This document shows positions 50,017 to 63,695 of a DNA stretch of 64,000 nt, one piece after another. The stretch lies in the NCBI GenBank assembly GCA_964016885.1, contig OZ024742.1, positions 281,232,001-281,296,000 on the forward strand. Direction: 5' to 3'. How positions within the stretch are numbered: position 1 is the first letter of the stretch; every line of letters starts with the position of its first letter. The position numbers were made by a program, and so were the translations under genes. A model generated the notes under the pieces. The model worked only from the letters and a program-made list of their open reading frames with translations, did not search any database and had not been told where the DNA came from. Source of the stretch: Eledone cirrhosa (Eukaryota).

Positions 50017-50420
50017 AATTGTTTCTACTTTTGGCACAAGGCCAGCAATTATCCAGTGTATTACTGGTACTTTATTTTATCGACCCCGTAAGGATGAAAG
50101 GCAAAGTTAACCTCGGCGGGATTTGAACTCAGATCATAAAGGGGTGTAACTCTATGCGTCAAAGCATGGCGTCCGACCCTCTACCGACACTGCCAATCCA
50201 CAATAATAGTTATTATGTTATGCGAGTTGGCGGTGGATTGACAGTGTCGTTAGAGGGTCGGACGCCATGCTTTACAGCATAGAATTAGGCCCCCTTATGG
50301 TCTAAGCTCAAATCCCGCCGACGTTAACTTTGCCTTTCATCCTAACGGGTTCGATAAAATAAAGCACCAGTAATGCACTGGGATAAATGCTGTCTTTGTG
50401 CTAAAAGTAGAAACTATTAT
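50017..50420. mobile_element. Two SINE copies head-to-head: 50017-50201 (-) and 50228-50420 (+)
   Basis: Both carry A/B boxes, central domain and tail, separated by a spacer of about 26 nt. Confidence 0.85.
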
Positions 50421-50975
50421 ATATATGTGAGTATATGGTTTCGTCATTTCTGTATTTAATTTCTCTTCTTTATTCATGAATATATTCCTTTTTATTTTAG
50501 TTTCAAACTCTGTGAGTACGTCTAATATATCTATTTCATTGTACCTAAGTTTGATTGCTTGTGTGTCCGTGTTAGAGAATGTATGTGACTTTTCGCGATT
50601 GTTCATATATGCATGTGTGTTTAAATATCTAGATTTTCATTATGCTTAATTAGACATTAAGTTATTTTTCAATTAGCAAAGTATTATATTGGAATACATA
50701 AACAATTTCATTAATTTTATCATAATTTTATGTTTTTATATATAATTTTCTCCTTATTTGTCATTATTTTAAACACTATTCTGCGAAAATAATATCTTAA
50801 ATTATTTGGAGTTGTTATATAACATGAATAGTTTCTGTTCCCAACAAATTTACTAATTATGTATGCATTGTAACATTGAATATTCTGGTCGTTAGATTAC
50901 ACCTTCTTATCTCAAATTGATGAATGTGTAACACACGCTCACACACGCACATATACACACATATAATTATATATG

Positions 50976-51061
<86 letters not shown>

Positions 51062-51119
51062 TATATATATATATATATATATAAATATATATATATATTC
51101 ACACATATATGTATATATG

Positions 51120-51188
<69 letters not shown>

Positions 51189-51629
51189 TATATATACCCC
51201 CCCCCCACACACATATATATATAAGTTGCTATGTGTTCTATTATTTATTATTTATACTGATATCTATATTGGCTAGTAATTTACAGTTTCGGGGCTTTTA
51301 ATTTAATTGTAAACCTATTCTACAGATTATTATGTCGAATGTTTGCTTTCCGCTATTATACTTAAACACGCTTACTCCATTGAAATATTATTTTCCACTT
51401 TCCCCTATTGTTAATCTATTTATTTTCAATCATATATATGAACAAATTTACTAAATGTGCGCCGTAATTTAGCCCCATTGGAACAGTGACTTTCTGGTGG
51501 AGTATGATTTAACTTAATATAAAATATATGTTATCTTTAAAATCATTTATAGATTTTATAATGACATATTTAATGAGTATATTTTAAATAAATCTATTAA
51601 ATTCACCTCACATGAATACTTTCAAATGA

Positions 51630-51717
<88 letters not shown>

Positions 51718-51727
51718 AATATAGATG

Positions 51728-51778
51728 AGATTCTACAGGACTAGAACTGTTTCATTTTTTAGAAATCATCAAGAATCT
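51728..51778 (-). ncRNA. Hammerhead motif with C3U change (also 58105-58155 minus)
   Basis: Minus strand reads agattc-TTGATGA-TTTC-taaa-AAAT-GAAA-CAG..CTG-T-A-gaatct. Confidence 0.65.
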
Positions 51779-52286
51779 GGCTTTCCAAAAATAAATGTAG
51801 TGGCATTTATATCTTTTCAGGTGGTAGGAGAGGGTGGGGAGTGGGATGGGTGGAGGTCATTGGTTGAAAGAAAAGGGAATTTATTAAAAGCTAATTCTTT
51901 AAGTCTATAGTTTATATTTAGAGTGACAAAGGCCGAAAGGATTCTATAAACAGGTTCAGAATGGGGTGCCACTCCTTATTGTTAAGTTTCTCTTAAGCTA
52001 ACAATGCCTATATTTCAGGTGTCCATGAGGTGGTTGTGGGTCGGTCATGGTTGATGAATTTAAAGAAAAGGGAAATTCTTTTAAAGCTAATTCTTTCTTT
52101 AAAGCTCTACTTAGAGTGACAAAGAATACTTATAGAATCCTTTCTGCCTTTGTCACTCTAAATATAAACTATAGCTTTTAATGAATTCCCTTTTCTTTCA
52201 ACCAATGACCTCCACCCATCCCACTCCCCACCCTCTCCTACCACCTGAAAAGATATAAATATCACTATATTTACTTTTGGAAAGCC

Positions 52287-52337
52287 AGATTCCTGATGAT
52301 TTCTAAAGAATGAAACAGTTCTAGTCCTGTAGAATCT
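52287..52337 (+). ncRNA. Type I hammerhead ribozyme motif with intact core
   Basis: agattc-CTGATGA-TTTC-taaa-GAAT-GAAA-CAG-ttctagtc-CTG-T-A-gaatct. Predicted cleavage is after A52331. Confidence 0.88.
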
Positions 52338-52435
52338 CATCTATATTAAGACTTTTATACTCTGCTATGTATTGAATACCTTACTTACTGTGGTTACCTC
52401 CGATTCAACCCGGAATGACTTACCTTATATATATA

Positions 52436-55400
52436 TAATGGAAAAATTTGAACAGGGACAAAACAGAGTGGCAGTACAATAAATGTTTATTAATTTCACG
52501 CTCAGGAGAGTGGGGGGTAGGTGGGGGGCAACGTTTCGGGCATAAGCCCTTCCTCGGGTGAGAAGTGGGTGGGAACAGAGTTCAAAAGGTGTGTAGGGGA
52601 GTGGTGGAGAGACATATAGCGAAAGGAAACGGTGCGAATGAAAAATTAACAAATAAAGAAAAAATTAAAATAAAGCATGATCAAAATACAAGGAATGAGA
52701 AAATTTAAAAATAAAGGCATGATCAAAATAAACTGAAATTAAAAGGGGGGTAAACAGGTGGTGGAAGGGGGTGGGGTGAGTAGGGGTGGTGGCGGGTGGA
52801 GTGGGGAGAGGGAGACGGGTGTCCGAGCGGGGAGGGCTGAAGGTGGTGTGTGTGTGTAGGTGTGCGTGTGTGTGTGTGTGTGTGTGTATGTGAAAGTAAG
52901 GGTTGGGGGAAGAACGGGGTTGCATGTTCAGGAAGAGGTGTGTGTGGGGGGTGTTTTTGTGGGTCGGAGTGTCTGTGCGTGTGTGGATAGGGGGTGGGGG
53001 GGGGGGGAATCAAGAGGCTGAGGGTGTAAATATGTGGTGGGAAGCACGTGTGTGTGGGTTTTAAGCGTGTTGTGGGTGTGGGCGGCGTGTGGAGAAAAGA
53101 ATGTTTGGGGGGGGGGGGGGGTTATATAGGTGGTGACGTAAGAGGATGGTTGAAAAGTTGGTAAGTTCCAAGGATGGTTGGAGGATTGGTTATCAGTCAA
53201 ATTCTGCGTGTGGGTAATCCATGAAGCGGTGGTCGGAAGAGGAGAGATGTGGGGTGCGCGCGCAACAGGAAGTGGTCAGCAGTGGGAGTGCTGTGGTCTG
53301 TTGGTGCTGGGAGGTGGTCAGAAGGGCATAGCAGCAGTCGGTGGAATGGTAAGGGGGCGAGGATGGGTAGGTGTGAAAGTTGGAGTGGGGAGGGTGTGTG
53401 TGTGTGTGCGTGTATTAGTAGGGGTGTTAGTGGGATGAGTGAGTGTGGAGAGGGGGTGTGGGTGGAGCGGGGAGAGAAGGGTGTGTGTGGTTCTTTGGAG
53501 GGAGTGTGGTGTACTGGTGTGTGTGTAGTTTGGTGAAGAGGTGTTAGTGGGTGTTAGTATACGGGAGGTGGGGAGGGGTTGAATGCAGGTTAGTGGTGGT
53601 AGGGTGTGTAGAGTTGGTGGTGTACGAGGCTGTGTGGGTACGTGTGCGTGGGATTGGGGGGGGGTTAGTGATGTTAGTTGCGTGTGGGGTGGGTGGTGTA
53701 AGTGGGTGCGTGTGTGCGTGTGATAAGGAGGGGGGTGGATGAGAAGAGGGGAGGGAAGGGGAAGGGATGTTAGTATGTTAGTTGGGGAAGGGTGGTCAGA
53801 TGAGGGGTGGAGTGGAGGTGTTAGTATTGTTAGTTGTGGGGTGGGCGGTGAAAAGGAGGGGTGTGTTAGTGGTGTTAGTGGGGGATAAGTGTGGGGGGAG
53901 GGGGGCGGTCGAACGCTAAAGGAATAAGGGTGGGGAGTTCAGGCCGGGGGGAGTGTGGGTCTGTAAGATGAAGATAGTTCGTTGTTCGTCCGTAAGGCGA
54001 TGGGCGGGTGTTCCGTGGCACTGGAGTAAGCCACAGACTGTGAGATGGCGTGCGGAGTGTCCAGGGCCACCAAAGTGGCGGGCGATGGGGGAACTGCCCC
54101 CGAGACGAATATCCCGGAGGTGCTCCGTGACTCGGTCCGCCAGGCGATGTCCCGTCTGTCCGACTAGGTTGGAGGAGGTGCAGCGGAAGGCATGCCGGAC
54201 CGAGAGAGAGTGGCCGTTGGGACCCTGGAAGGTGGTGGTGTTGGTGATGTGGGGACAAGTGTTGCAGCGGGGCCTAGAACAGGGAAAGGAACCGGGGGGG
54301 GGACAGAGCGTGGGTTGGGGGGTAGGGAGCTGTGGACGAGGAGGGTGCGGAGATTGCGTGCGCGTTTGAAGGAGGGGAGTGGTGGGGTGGGGAAGATGTG
54401 GGGGGTGGAGGGGTCGGACTGGAGGCGTCGGAATAGGCGGCGGATGGTGCGGTGGAGGGGTGCGGTGGAGGGGTGGTAGGTGATGGGGAAGGGGAGACGG
54501 TGGGTGGGTGTGCGGTGGCGTGGGGTGAGGGTGGTGGAGCGGGGGATAGCACGGGCGTGGGTGAGAGCGGTGTAGACGAGAGAGGGGGGTAACCTCTGCA
54601 GATGAAATGGCTGAATAGGGAAAGGGCCTGGGACTCGAAGTCAGCATCACGGCTACAGAGGCGGCGGATCCTGAGAAGTTGGGAGTAGGGAATGGAGTGT
54701 GGGTGGGGTGGGAAGAGGTGAAGTCGGGGTAAGAGTGGTAGTCGGTGGGTTTGAACAAGGCGGAGGTGACGAGGGAGTGGTGGGAGGGTTCGAAGGCGAC
54801 GGAGATGTCTAAGAAGTGGACGTGGGTGGTGGAGATAGAGGTGGTGAAGTGGAGGGAGGGGTGGAAGGAGCAGAAGAAGGAGAGAAAGGAGTCGACCTGT
54901 TCTCGGGTGAGGGTCGTGGCTCCGATACAGTCGTCAATGTAACGACCGTACAGTTCGGGCGTGGGGCCGGTGTACTGGGCAAATATTTGGGCGGAGACGG
55001 AGGCAGTGGCTGAGGAAATGGATGTGGCTGGAGTGCCGGGTTTTGGCGAAGAGAAGGTAGGAGAGTTGAAGGGCGGAGGGGAGATAGCAGGGTGGGAGGA
55101 GGGGTGAGGAAAAGTTTGAGGCGATTGTGTAGTTGGTGGAGAAAGGATCTCAGGTTGGGCATGATGGGCGTTGGGTGAAAGCAGGGGGAGGGATGAGAGG
55201 GCAGGGGTGTGAAGTGGGGTGGAGTGAACGAAGGGGTGAGTGCGAAGGATAGGCAGAGACGGGGAAGGGAAATGAAACAGAAAAACGTAGGGAGGGGGGA
55301 GTAAACACAGGAAAATTAAAGACAAAAAAATCATAAAGGTAAAAACACAGGCGATCGTGAACAAAAAATCATAGAAATACAATTGTAAGAACACAGGCAA

Positions 55401-55460
55401 AGAATCTTATACGGAAAAAAATGTACGGTAACAAAATCAAACAGAGGTAATGCGTGGAAG
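52436..55460 (-). mobile_element. Penelope-like element, internally deleted (RT YIDD and GIY-YIG relics)
   Basis: ORF 53916-55400 contains YGRYIDDCIG, FHPSLHFT..HFLDISV, FPCSRPRCNTC and GQTGHRLADRVTEH. The 3' region is colinear with 9045-10812. Hammerhead CCGAGGA-AGGGC-ttat-GCCC-GAAACGTT lies at 52529-52557 (-). Confidence 0.88.
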
Positions 55461-55524
55461 GAAAGACCATTCGTTTTTGAATTTGTTTTGCGAGATTTCT
55501 TATCTGAAAACGTGTGTTGAAACA

Positions 55525-57420
55525 TTGTTTGTGAGAGCCATGCTGCTAATAAAAACATACGCACCTGTTGGTTTTCATTTCAATTTATCATAAGTTTCCG
55601 GTTGCTTTGTTCGATAACCGGAAGGTTGTTTATATATTGTCAAAGCTCTTTCGTTACACACTCTGTGACTAGGCTTTTATTTTGTGTCCATCCTTTATTC
55701 TGTCCTACACCATTTTGTTTTTTGTGTATTTTGTCTTGTGTGATTAGTTTGCACATGAGTTACATCTGGGTGTATGTCTGATTTATTTTGTTAGTTTGGT
55801 TTTCGTGTATGTCTGTATGTCTTCATTTTGTCCTTAATCACTAGCTGTGATGTTGCTATTCCACTCATGTTTTCTGTTTAATTTTGGTTGAAGTTCGTTT
55901 ATGTTTGTCACCTCTGTGATTTGTCTGAGCATTGCATCTTTTCTGTGTGTGGATATAATTTTTATCTCTATGTTCTCTAATGTGCCCCTATGCTCTATTT
56001 TGACATGTTGCGGGAGTATTCCTGAGTTTTTTTTCCCATCTTGGAGTTCTTGCCCGGGTTCACTTATCCTTCCTCCTATGCTTCGGGCTGTTTCACCTAT
56101 GTATGTTATATTCTTATTCCTACACAGACCCTCAGTACATCTTCTTCTATAAACTACGTTTTTAGATTTTCAGTTAGTTTGCGGGTTTAGCTTGCAGACT
56201 ATGCATTTTGTATCAACACAGGGGGATCTTTGAAATGGGTATGTTTTACTAATTACGGTTTTATGGGAATAACTGGTCTTTCAACTATTTTAACTATACC
56301 CTGACCTTGTCTTTCTGACTGTAGACAGAGAACTGCATGCTGTGGATGAAGTGTTGTATGTGTCTCTCTAATTCTTTGGGGTTGCACATGCGGGCACGTT
56401 CCTCATCACTCTTACTAACTCCGCAATCAGTATGCTGTTGTCCATGTGATCCGAAACAGCTGAGTTTAGATGTATCAGGTATTTGGGGATCATGGGTTTG
56501 GCATAGTGCGAATGGAGGATTTGCGTTCTATTACTAATAGTTACCAACCAGAGTTCTGTGTCTAGTACGGGTAATCTATGGTTGAGTGTTTAGTTGGGTA
56601 GTTTATAATAACTTTAATACTCTGGTGGAGGGAGTTAGCTATTTGCCGACTGTTCTCCTGTAGGCGTGTTTTTACTACGATAGTTATGTCATCTACTTAG
56701 CGGGGGTACATAGTCAAGGTTATAAAATTGTCATCTAATTGTTCCTCAAGTCTTCTGTCCCACCATGCCATAAAGAGGTTAGCTATGTCACTTACAATGC
56801 TAACGCTAATGGCTGTCCCCTCCTCTTGGGCATATGTTTTGCCATTAAATTTGAACATATGTTCCTTAAGGATTAGTTTTATATTGGTGTCCACCGCATG
56901 TGTGATCATTGTCTTTAATTCACATGGTTTTCGGAGGTCCGTTTGGCTCTGGTCCACCCGTTCCATCTTTCTGTATTGGACTTCATAGCCATTGAGGTAA
57001 TGGATGGGTATGGGGTAACTACATCCATGCTATCCATTGTACAGCATGTTAGGTCCCTAGACAGGTTACATTAGCTGATTCTGCTAAGGAGCTTCTCCGT
57101 GCTGTCGCATATATCTGCTTGACCCATTCGATGACAGGGTGTATTATCAGGGAGAGTAAGCAGGAGAGTCTGTAATTGTTAGCAATGTTAGCTCCATAGA
57201 CTGGCCATGTTAGTGGTCATGTGACTGGGTCACTATTTACCTTGTAGTCTTTGCGAAGCCCATACAGCATTGGTATATCGTTGTTCCAGTCATGGAAGAT
57301 GTTGGCAGTCCGTTTATTAGGCTGCATTATGCTAGTCCATATCACTATATGTGCGTTGAGGGTTTTTTCCCTTTACTTATGCTCTTGTGTTGATGATGTG
57401 GAGTTGCATTGCCTGGTTGT
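55525..57420 (-). mobile_element. Decayed Penelope-like element with a 3' pLTR-like repeat (55525-55709) that recurs inverted at 57734-57915
   Basis: ORF 56697-56966 FKFNGKTYAQEEGTAISVSIVSDIANLFM..MYPR is a PLE RT segment. The repeat copies carry complementary hammerhead remnants (55639-55669 minus, 57774-57810 plus). Confidence 0.75.
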
Positions 57421-57446
57421 AGTTTGGTAGGCTGTCAACTGACATT

Positions 57447-57563
57447 CTGCCGAACTTAGGAATGGCGGATACGGAAAGACCCGTTAGGGCCTGTAAGAGA
57501 GGTGAGAGTGGAAATAAAGGGACAAGTGTTGCAGCGGGAATGAGAACAAGGATGAGAGCCGGA
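57447..57563 (-). pseudogene. Short Penelope-like fragment (Cys-rich linker before GIY-YIG)
   Basis: Translates GSHPCSHSRCNTCPFISTLTSLTGPNGSFRIRHS, similar to GSFPCSRPRCNTCPHITNTTTFQGPNG in 53916-55400. Confidence 0.7.
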
Positions 57564-57919
57564 TATATATATATATATATATATGAATGTATATCGAATA
57601 AGTTTACGATTAAATTAAAATCCCCAAAACTGTAAATTACCAGCCACTTTTTCTATCCCAATATAGATATCAGTATAAATAAAAATAAATAATAGAACAC
57701 ATCGTAACTTACATATACATACATATATATATATGTAGGACAGAACAAAGGAGTGACACAAAATAAAAACCTAGTCACTGAGGCGGTCACAGATTATGTG
57801 ACGAAAGAGACTTCCGGTTATCGACCCAACCATCCGGAAATTTATAATAAATTGAATTGAAAACCAACAGGTGCGTGTGTTATTGTTGGCAGCATTACTC
57901 CCCCAAATTATAACAATAA

Positions 57920-58741
<822 letters not shown>

Positions 58742-58877
58742 ATATATATATATATATATATATATCGGCCTGCCCGCCCAGACAGTGAGATGGCTTCATC
58801 GTATGGCTAAAACAGCATGTGCTGTGACCAGCGGCGCCGAATAGCGCCCGACTGACTGGTCGGTCAAGGTGATCAAG

Positions 58878-58996
<119 letters not shown>

Positions 58997-59189
58997 ACGC
59001 ACATACATATATGTATACAGACTTACAGTAGTATGTATATATATACGTACATGCACACATATATATATGCATGTTTACGGTGCGCCCGGCCGACTATCTC
59101 ACTCGATATGCAGATTAAGCTGCTCGGCCCTTAATATGCATAAGGAAAGTATATACTTTCAGACGTTCAATCATCTGGCAGGAAGGTAT

Positions 59190-59232
59190 ACGATGCTGAT
59201 GATAGCTAATAAGCTTGAAGCTAGTACATCGT
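59190..59232 (+). ncRNA. Minimal type I hammerhead motif (G at position 15.1)
   Basis: acgatg-CTGATGA-TAGC-taataa-GCTT-GAAG-CTAG-T-A-catcgt. It sits between inverted repeats at 58985-59072 and 59357-59445. Confidence 0.75.
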
Positions 59233-59507
59233 TCCTGTATCAGTGTTTAGCAAAGGGGCGACGATGGTTGCCTGAACACTGTACGGCGTAATTCGGGCTG
59301 TTTGTAGGTTTACAAACAAACCGAGCATTATAGTAAATGATCGGTCGACCCCTGCGTGCATGTATATATGTGTGCATGTATGTATATATATATACATACT
59401 ACTGTACGTCTGTATACATATATGTATGTGCGTATACATACATACTTACATTTAAGTATCAGCCGTACTAAGAGTGAGAAATGAAATTTTGTTTCATTCT
59501 TTTCCAT

Positions 59508-59538
<31 letters not shown>

Positions 59539-59768
59539 TTATTTCTGAAGACAGCATATATATGTGTAGGTATGTATATTTCCTCTGATAGTTTGTAACA
59601 TGTTTACATATATCTATATGATATACATAGCAACACACACATATATATCCTAGAAAACGATCGTAAAATGATGAATGTTTTAATATAAATAACTGTTTCT
59701 TTCTTTTTATTCATTGTTTTTATTAATTTATATATATATATATATATATAAATATATATATATATATT

Positions 59769-59844
<76 letters not shown>

Positions 59845-59978
59845 TATATATATACATATTTGTATATATGTATATACATACATGTATGTAGGTATGAATA
59901 TATATATATATACATATATATATGTACATACATACATACATGTATATGGGTGTGTATGTATACATATATATATTTATA

Positions 59979-60028
<50 letters not shown>

Positions 60029-60514
60029 CACATGCATATACATACCAACGTACATACACGCATATACATACCCACATGTATGTGTGTAAGTTGGTATGTA
60101 TATATGTATACTTCTCAAGAAAATTGAGTTCTACAATATCTTTTGACGCGCCTTTCTGTTTGTGTTGTGAGATTTCTATGTAAAAACAATAGTAAAACCT
60201 ATTTCCTCTATATTTATTGAAATATATTCATTTACAATATAGTTTTTGTTTTAAATAATCAAATATTTTTTTAAAAGCTACTTTTACATTGTCAATAATC
60301 CAGTATCCAATTTAGAGAAACATTTACTTTTGCTAAAATGATTGTTATGTCATGTTTTTATTTTGGTTTTAATTTAAAATTTTAATATACTTGTTAGCAT
60401 AATAGCTAAGAGGTTTAAGGAGGTTTTGTTTTAAAGATATTACGAATCAGGATTTTATTGAATTATTAAGTAGTTTAAAATTTCAATGCACACACACATA
60501 CACACATATGTATG

Positions 60515-60622
<108 letters not shown>

Positions 60623-60779
60623 AGATACATGCATATATATACATATATATATAAACAGACATACACATATATCTATCTATCTATCTATATCTATATACAT
60701 ATATATATAAACAAGGTTTAGCAAATAATGAGAAAGTTTCAAAATAAATTTTAAAAAATTGACTTTACCTACTATAGTT

Positions 60780-60863
60780 ACCTTTACCGATCGGTTTCGA
60801 ATCCCAAAAATAAACGGAGACCATACGGCCTTCGTTGCAAAGAAAGATTCTCGTCAGAAGGTT
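60780..60863 (-). ncRNA. Type I hammerhead ribozyme motif with extended helix II
   Basis: Minus strand reads acctt-CTGACGA-GAATCTT...GGGATTC-GAAA-CCGATCGG-T-A-aaggt, with palindromic ACCGATCGGT. Confidence 0.88.
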
Positions 60864-61119
60864 CTTTTCATTCGAAGAATATAAAATTCCTGAATTTAAA
60901 TTACGAACTAGCGCTATCAAAACTGTTCCTGGGATGAGAGAGGATGATGTAGAAATATATATATACCTCTAAATGTTTTAAATATATATACACACATATA
61001 TATATATATACACACACAGACATATATATATATATATATATACACGTACATATATACATATATGAGTGTCTGCGTATGTGGGTGTGTGCGCGCATGTTTG
61101 TTTTTGAACATACGATTAT

Positions 61120-62420
61120 TTTCGTTTTAGATGTCACTCTGGAATTAGACACAGGTTTCTACCGTCCACACCACAAACCTAATGAACATCTTAAATACGT
61201 CAACAGACACTCTAACCACCCTAGGAGCATAATTAACTCAATAGTAAAAAGCGTTTCCTATAGAGTGTCCACGCTGTCGGCTAAGAGAAATATCTTCTAC
61301 CAGCACGCGGAATACTACAACTCCGCACTTGAAAAGGCTGGTTACATTGAGAAGATTTCTTTCAATGACCCAAGTAGAACCGTAACGCCGCTAAACATAA
61401 TCAGACCCTTAAAAACGAACATAGACGAGGACACCACACCTAGAACAAATAATAACCTAAGACCCTCTTTAGCCGGCAGGGCAGGCAGCGTCACACAACT
61501 GCCAAGGAGATAAAGCTATACTCTCCAACCCCAATAAGGACTCCGACTATCGCACACGTTTATGTAGTAATAGAGACAAAAGACATAACGACAATAGATT
61601 ACTAGGAACCCCTATACGCCTGACACATACGCCTGACAAAAACGCACCCACACTACTATCCAACCACAAAAACCACACTAAACACCGTAAAGCCCGAAGT
61701 AGACCTCTCACATTCTATACACGTTGCCACCAACATACTGAGAACCTTCTTCGGGGCTCTGGAACAATCTTTTCCACACACACATAAATACCACAAGCTC
61801 TACAATAGACACACTGTAAAATTCTCTTTCTCCACAGCACCAAATCTAGGCCACACAATAGCACACACTAATAGGACAAACATACGGAAACACATGGTTG
61901 CCCCACAACAATCCACTACCACAACCCACGACGAAACCACATACACGACACAACACAACAACCCACATGCCAGCTCCACATAGCATACCACCAACCGACA
62001 ACATGCCACCACACCGGTAACACCCAATTTCAACTGTAAAAAACGGGCAGAATGCCCACTAAACGGGGAATGCCTCGTTAAGAACATTGTTTACCGATGT
62101 GATGTCACAGCTGGCAATAAGGAGTACTCATAGATAGATGCGACCTCCACTACATTTAAGGATCGCTGGTATAACCATTGAAGCTCCTTTAAACATAGGT
62201 TGAAACGATCCCAAACTAGACTGGCCGATTTGATCTGGGACCTCAAGGACAGGAACATCGAATTCCAGATCATATGGTCAGTCAAAAGATGCGTGGCCCA
62301 ACTCCCCAGTGACAGAAACCACTGCAGGTTATGCCTGGCCGAGGCGGCTGAGATAATTAAATTAAAATCTGCCATAAACTAGGTCGGACATAATTATCAA
62401 TTGCAGGCACACCAGGATGA
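61120..62420 (+). mobile_element. 5'-truncated, decayed Penelope-like element (RT thumb + GIY-YIG)
   Basis: LDVTLELDTGFYRPHHKPNEHLKYVNRHSNHP; CPLNGECLVKNIVYRCDV; CRLCLAE. Confidence 0.85.
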
Positions 62421-62976
62421 ACACCTTTTCTGCACAAACATTCGGCTGAGTGCCGCACACTAACGATGACCCAACATAATATTAACCACCTTTGCCCTGT
62501 CTCGCCGTTCCTCATCTCAGTGCATTTGTTTCATAACATGTAACCCTTTGTAAGTCCAAATTTTGTATATATCATGCCGCATACATCACCCCCACCAAAA
62601 GACACATCGCCATACACCCCTCATATTAGTACCATTGTGTTCTATATGTCCTCTCTGTCAGGTTTTACCTTGTAATCCATTGTAGCATCCTATAAATATA
62701 ATGTCGATCATATCACCCCATCGCCACCACACCACCACCACCACTACCACACACATCGCTATATTTTCACAACCTTGTTTTCCTTGTGTTCCCTATATCA
62801 CTTTTTAACATGTAATCCACCGTATAATTCGATCCTGTATATATTTTGCGGCTTACAACACCACCACCGCCAACAGAAGACACATCTCCATACTCCAACA
62901 ATCATTAACATCACTAATATCGCCAACACATACTTTCCCTCCCTAACCAACGCAAGTGAGTGTGTCTGTCTGTAAG

Positions 62977-63045
<69 letters not shown>

Positions 63046-63168
63046 AGGAGGTGAGTTTTATTGTAGTACAATAAAGCAATGCAGATATCGGATAAGTAGC
63101 ACTCTACAGTTGTAGGACTGGAGTATAAATAATATATAAGATCAAAAGAGGTTTAAAAGAGTTCCATG

Positions 63169-63237
63169 TATTTTATTATGCGCATTTCAAAAACAAATAT
63201 CATCATGCAATAACATTTGCGTTTTCGTCAGATAAAA
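63169..63237 (-). ncRNA. Type I hammerhead ribozyme motif
   Basis: Minus strand reads ttttat-CTGACGA-AAACGCAAATG...TATTTGTTTTT-GAAA-TGCGCA-T-A-ataaaa. Confidence 0.82.
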
Positions 63238-63436
63238 GAGGGAGACATGATATGAAGATTAAAACACACTTGTGAATAGTGCAGTTTTAAATCAAAATAT
63301 GAAAAGTAGTTTTAGATTGATGTGTGATATTGGGATTTTTTCCCAATATCACACATCAATCTAAAACTACTTTTCATATGTTGATTTAAAACTGCACTAT
63401 TCACAAGTGTGTTTTAACCTTCATATCATGTCTCCC

Positions 63437-63507
63437 TATTTTATCTGACGAAAACACAAATGTTATTGCATAATGATATTTGTTTTTGAAATGCGCATAA
63501 TAAAATA
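63437..63507 (+). ncRNA. Type I hammerhead ribozyme motif
   Basis: tattttat-CTGACGA-AAACACAAATG...TATTTGTTTTT-GAAA-TGCGCA-T-A-ataaaata: 8-bp helix I and palindromic ATGCGCAT. Confidence 0.85.
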
Positions 63508-63659
63508 CATGGAACTCTTTTAACCATCTTTTGATCTTATATATTATATATATATATATTTATATGTACGACATCTCCATTGGCTCACCCACTCCCTCTA
63601 TCTATGTACTACGGCATCCCCACTGACACTCCCCCCTCTCACTATATACGCACACACAC

Positions 63660-63695
<36 letters not shown>

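Larger units (their letters stand above)
51718..52425. mobile_element. Fold-back non-coding element with an inverted hammerhead pair (second copy 58101-58741)
   Basis: About 51718-51940 is the reverse complement of about 52140-52350. Both copies end GGTTACCTCCGATTCAACCCGGAAT(G/A)ACTTACCT then (TA)n. Confidence 0.85.
63129..63548. repeat. Near-perfect palindrome with about 207-bp arms and a 5-nt spacer, one hammerhead per arm
   Basis: Centre ...GATATTGGGA-TTTTT-TCCCAATATC... at 63336-63340. Confidence 0.9.

Noticed and set aside
58783-58828. AAAACAGCATGTGCTGTG hairpin resembling hammerhead helix III
   Set aside because: No GAAA, no CUGANGA, and G at the cleavage position.
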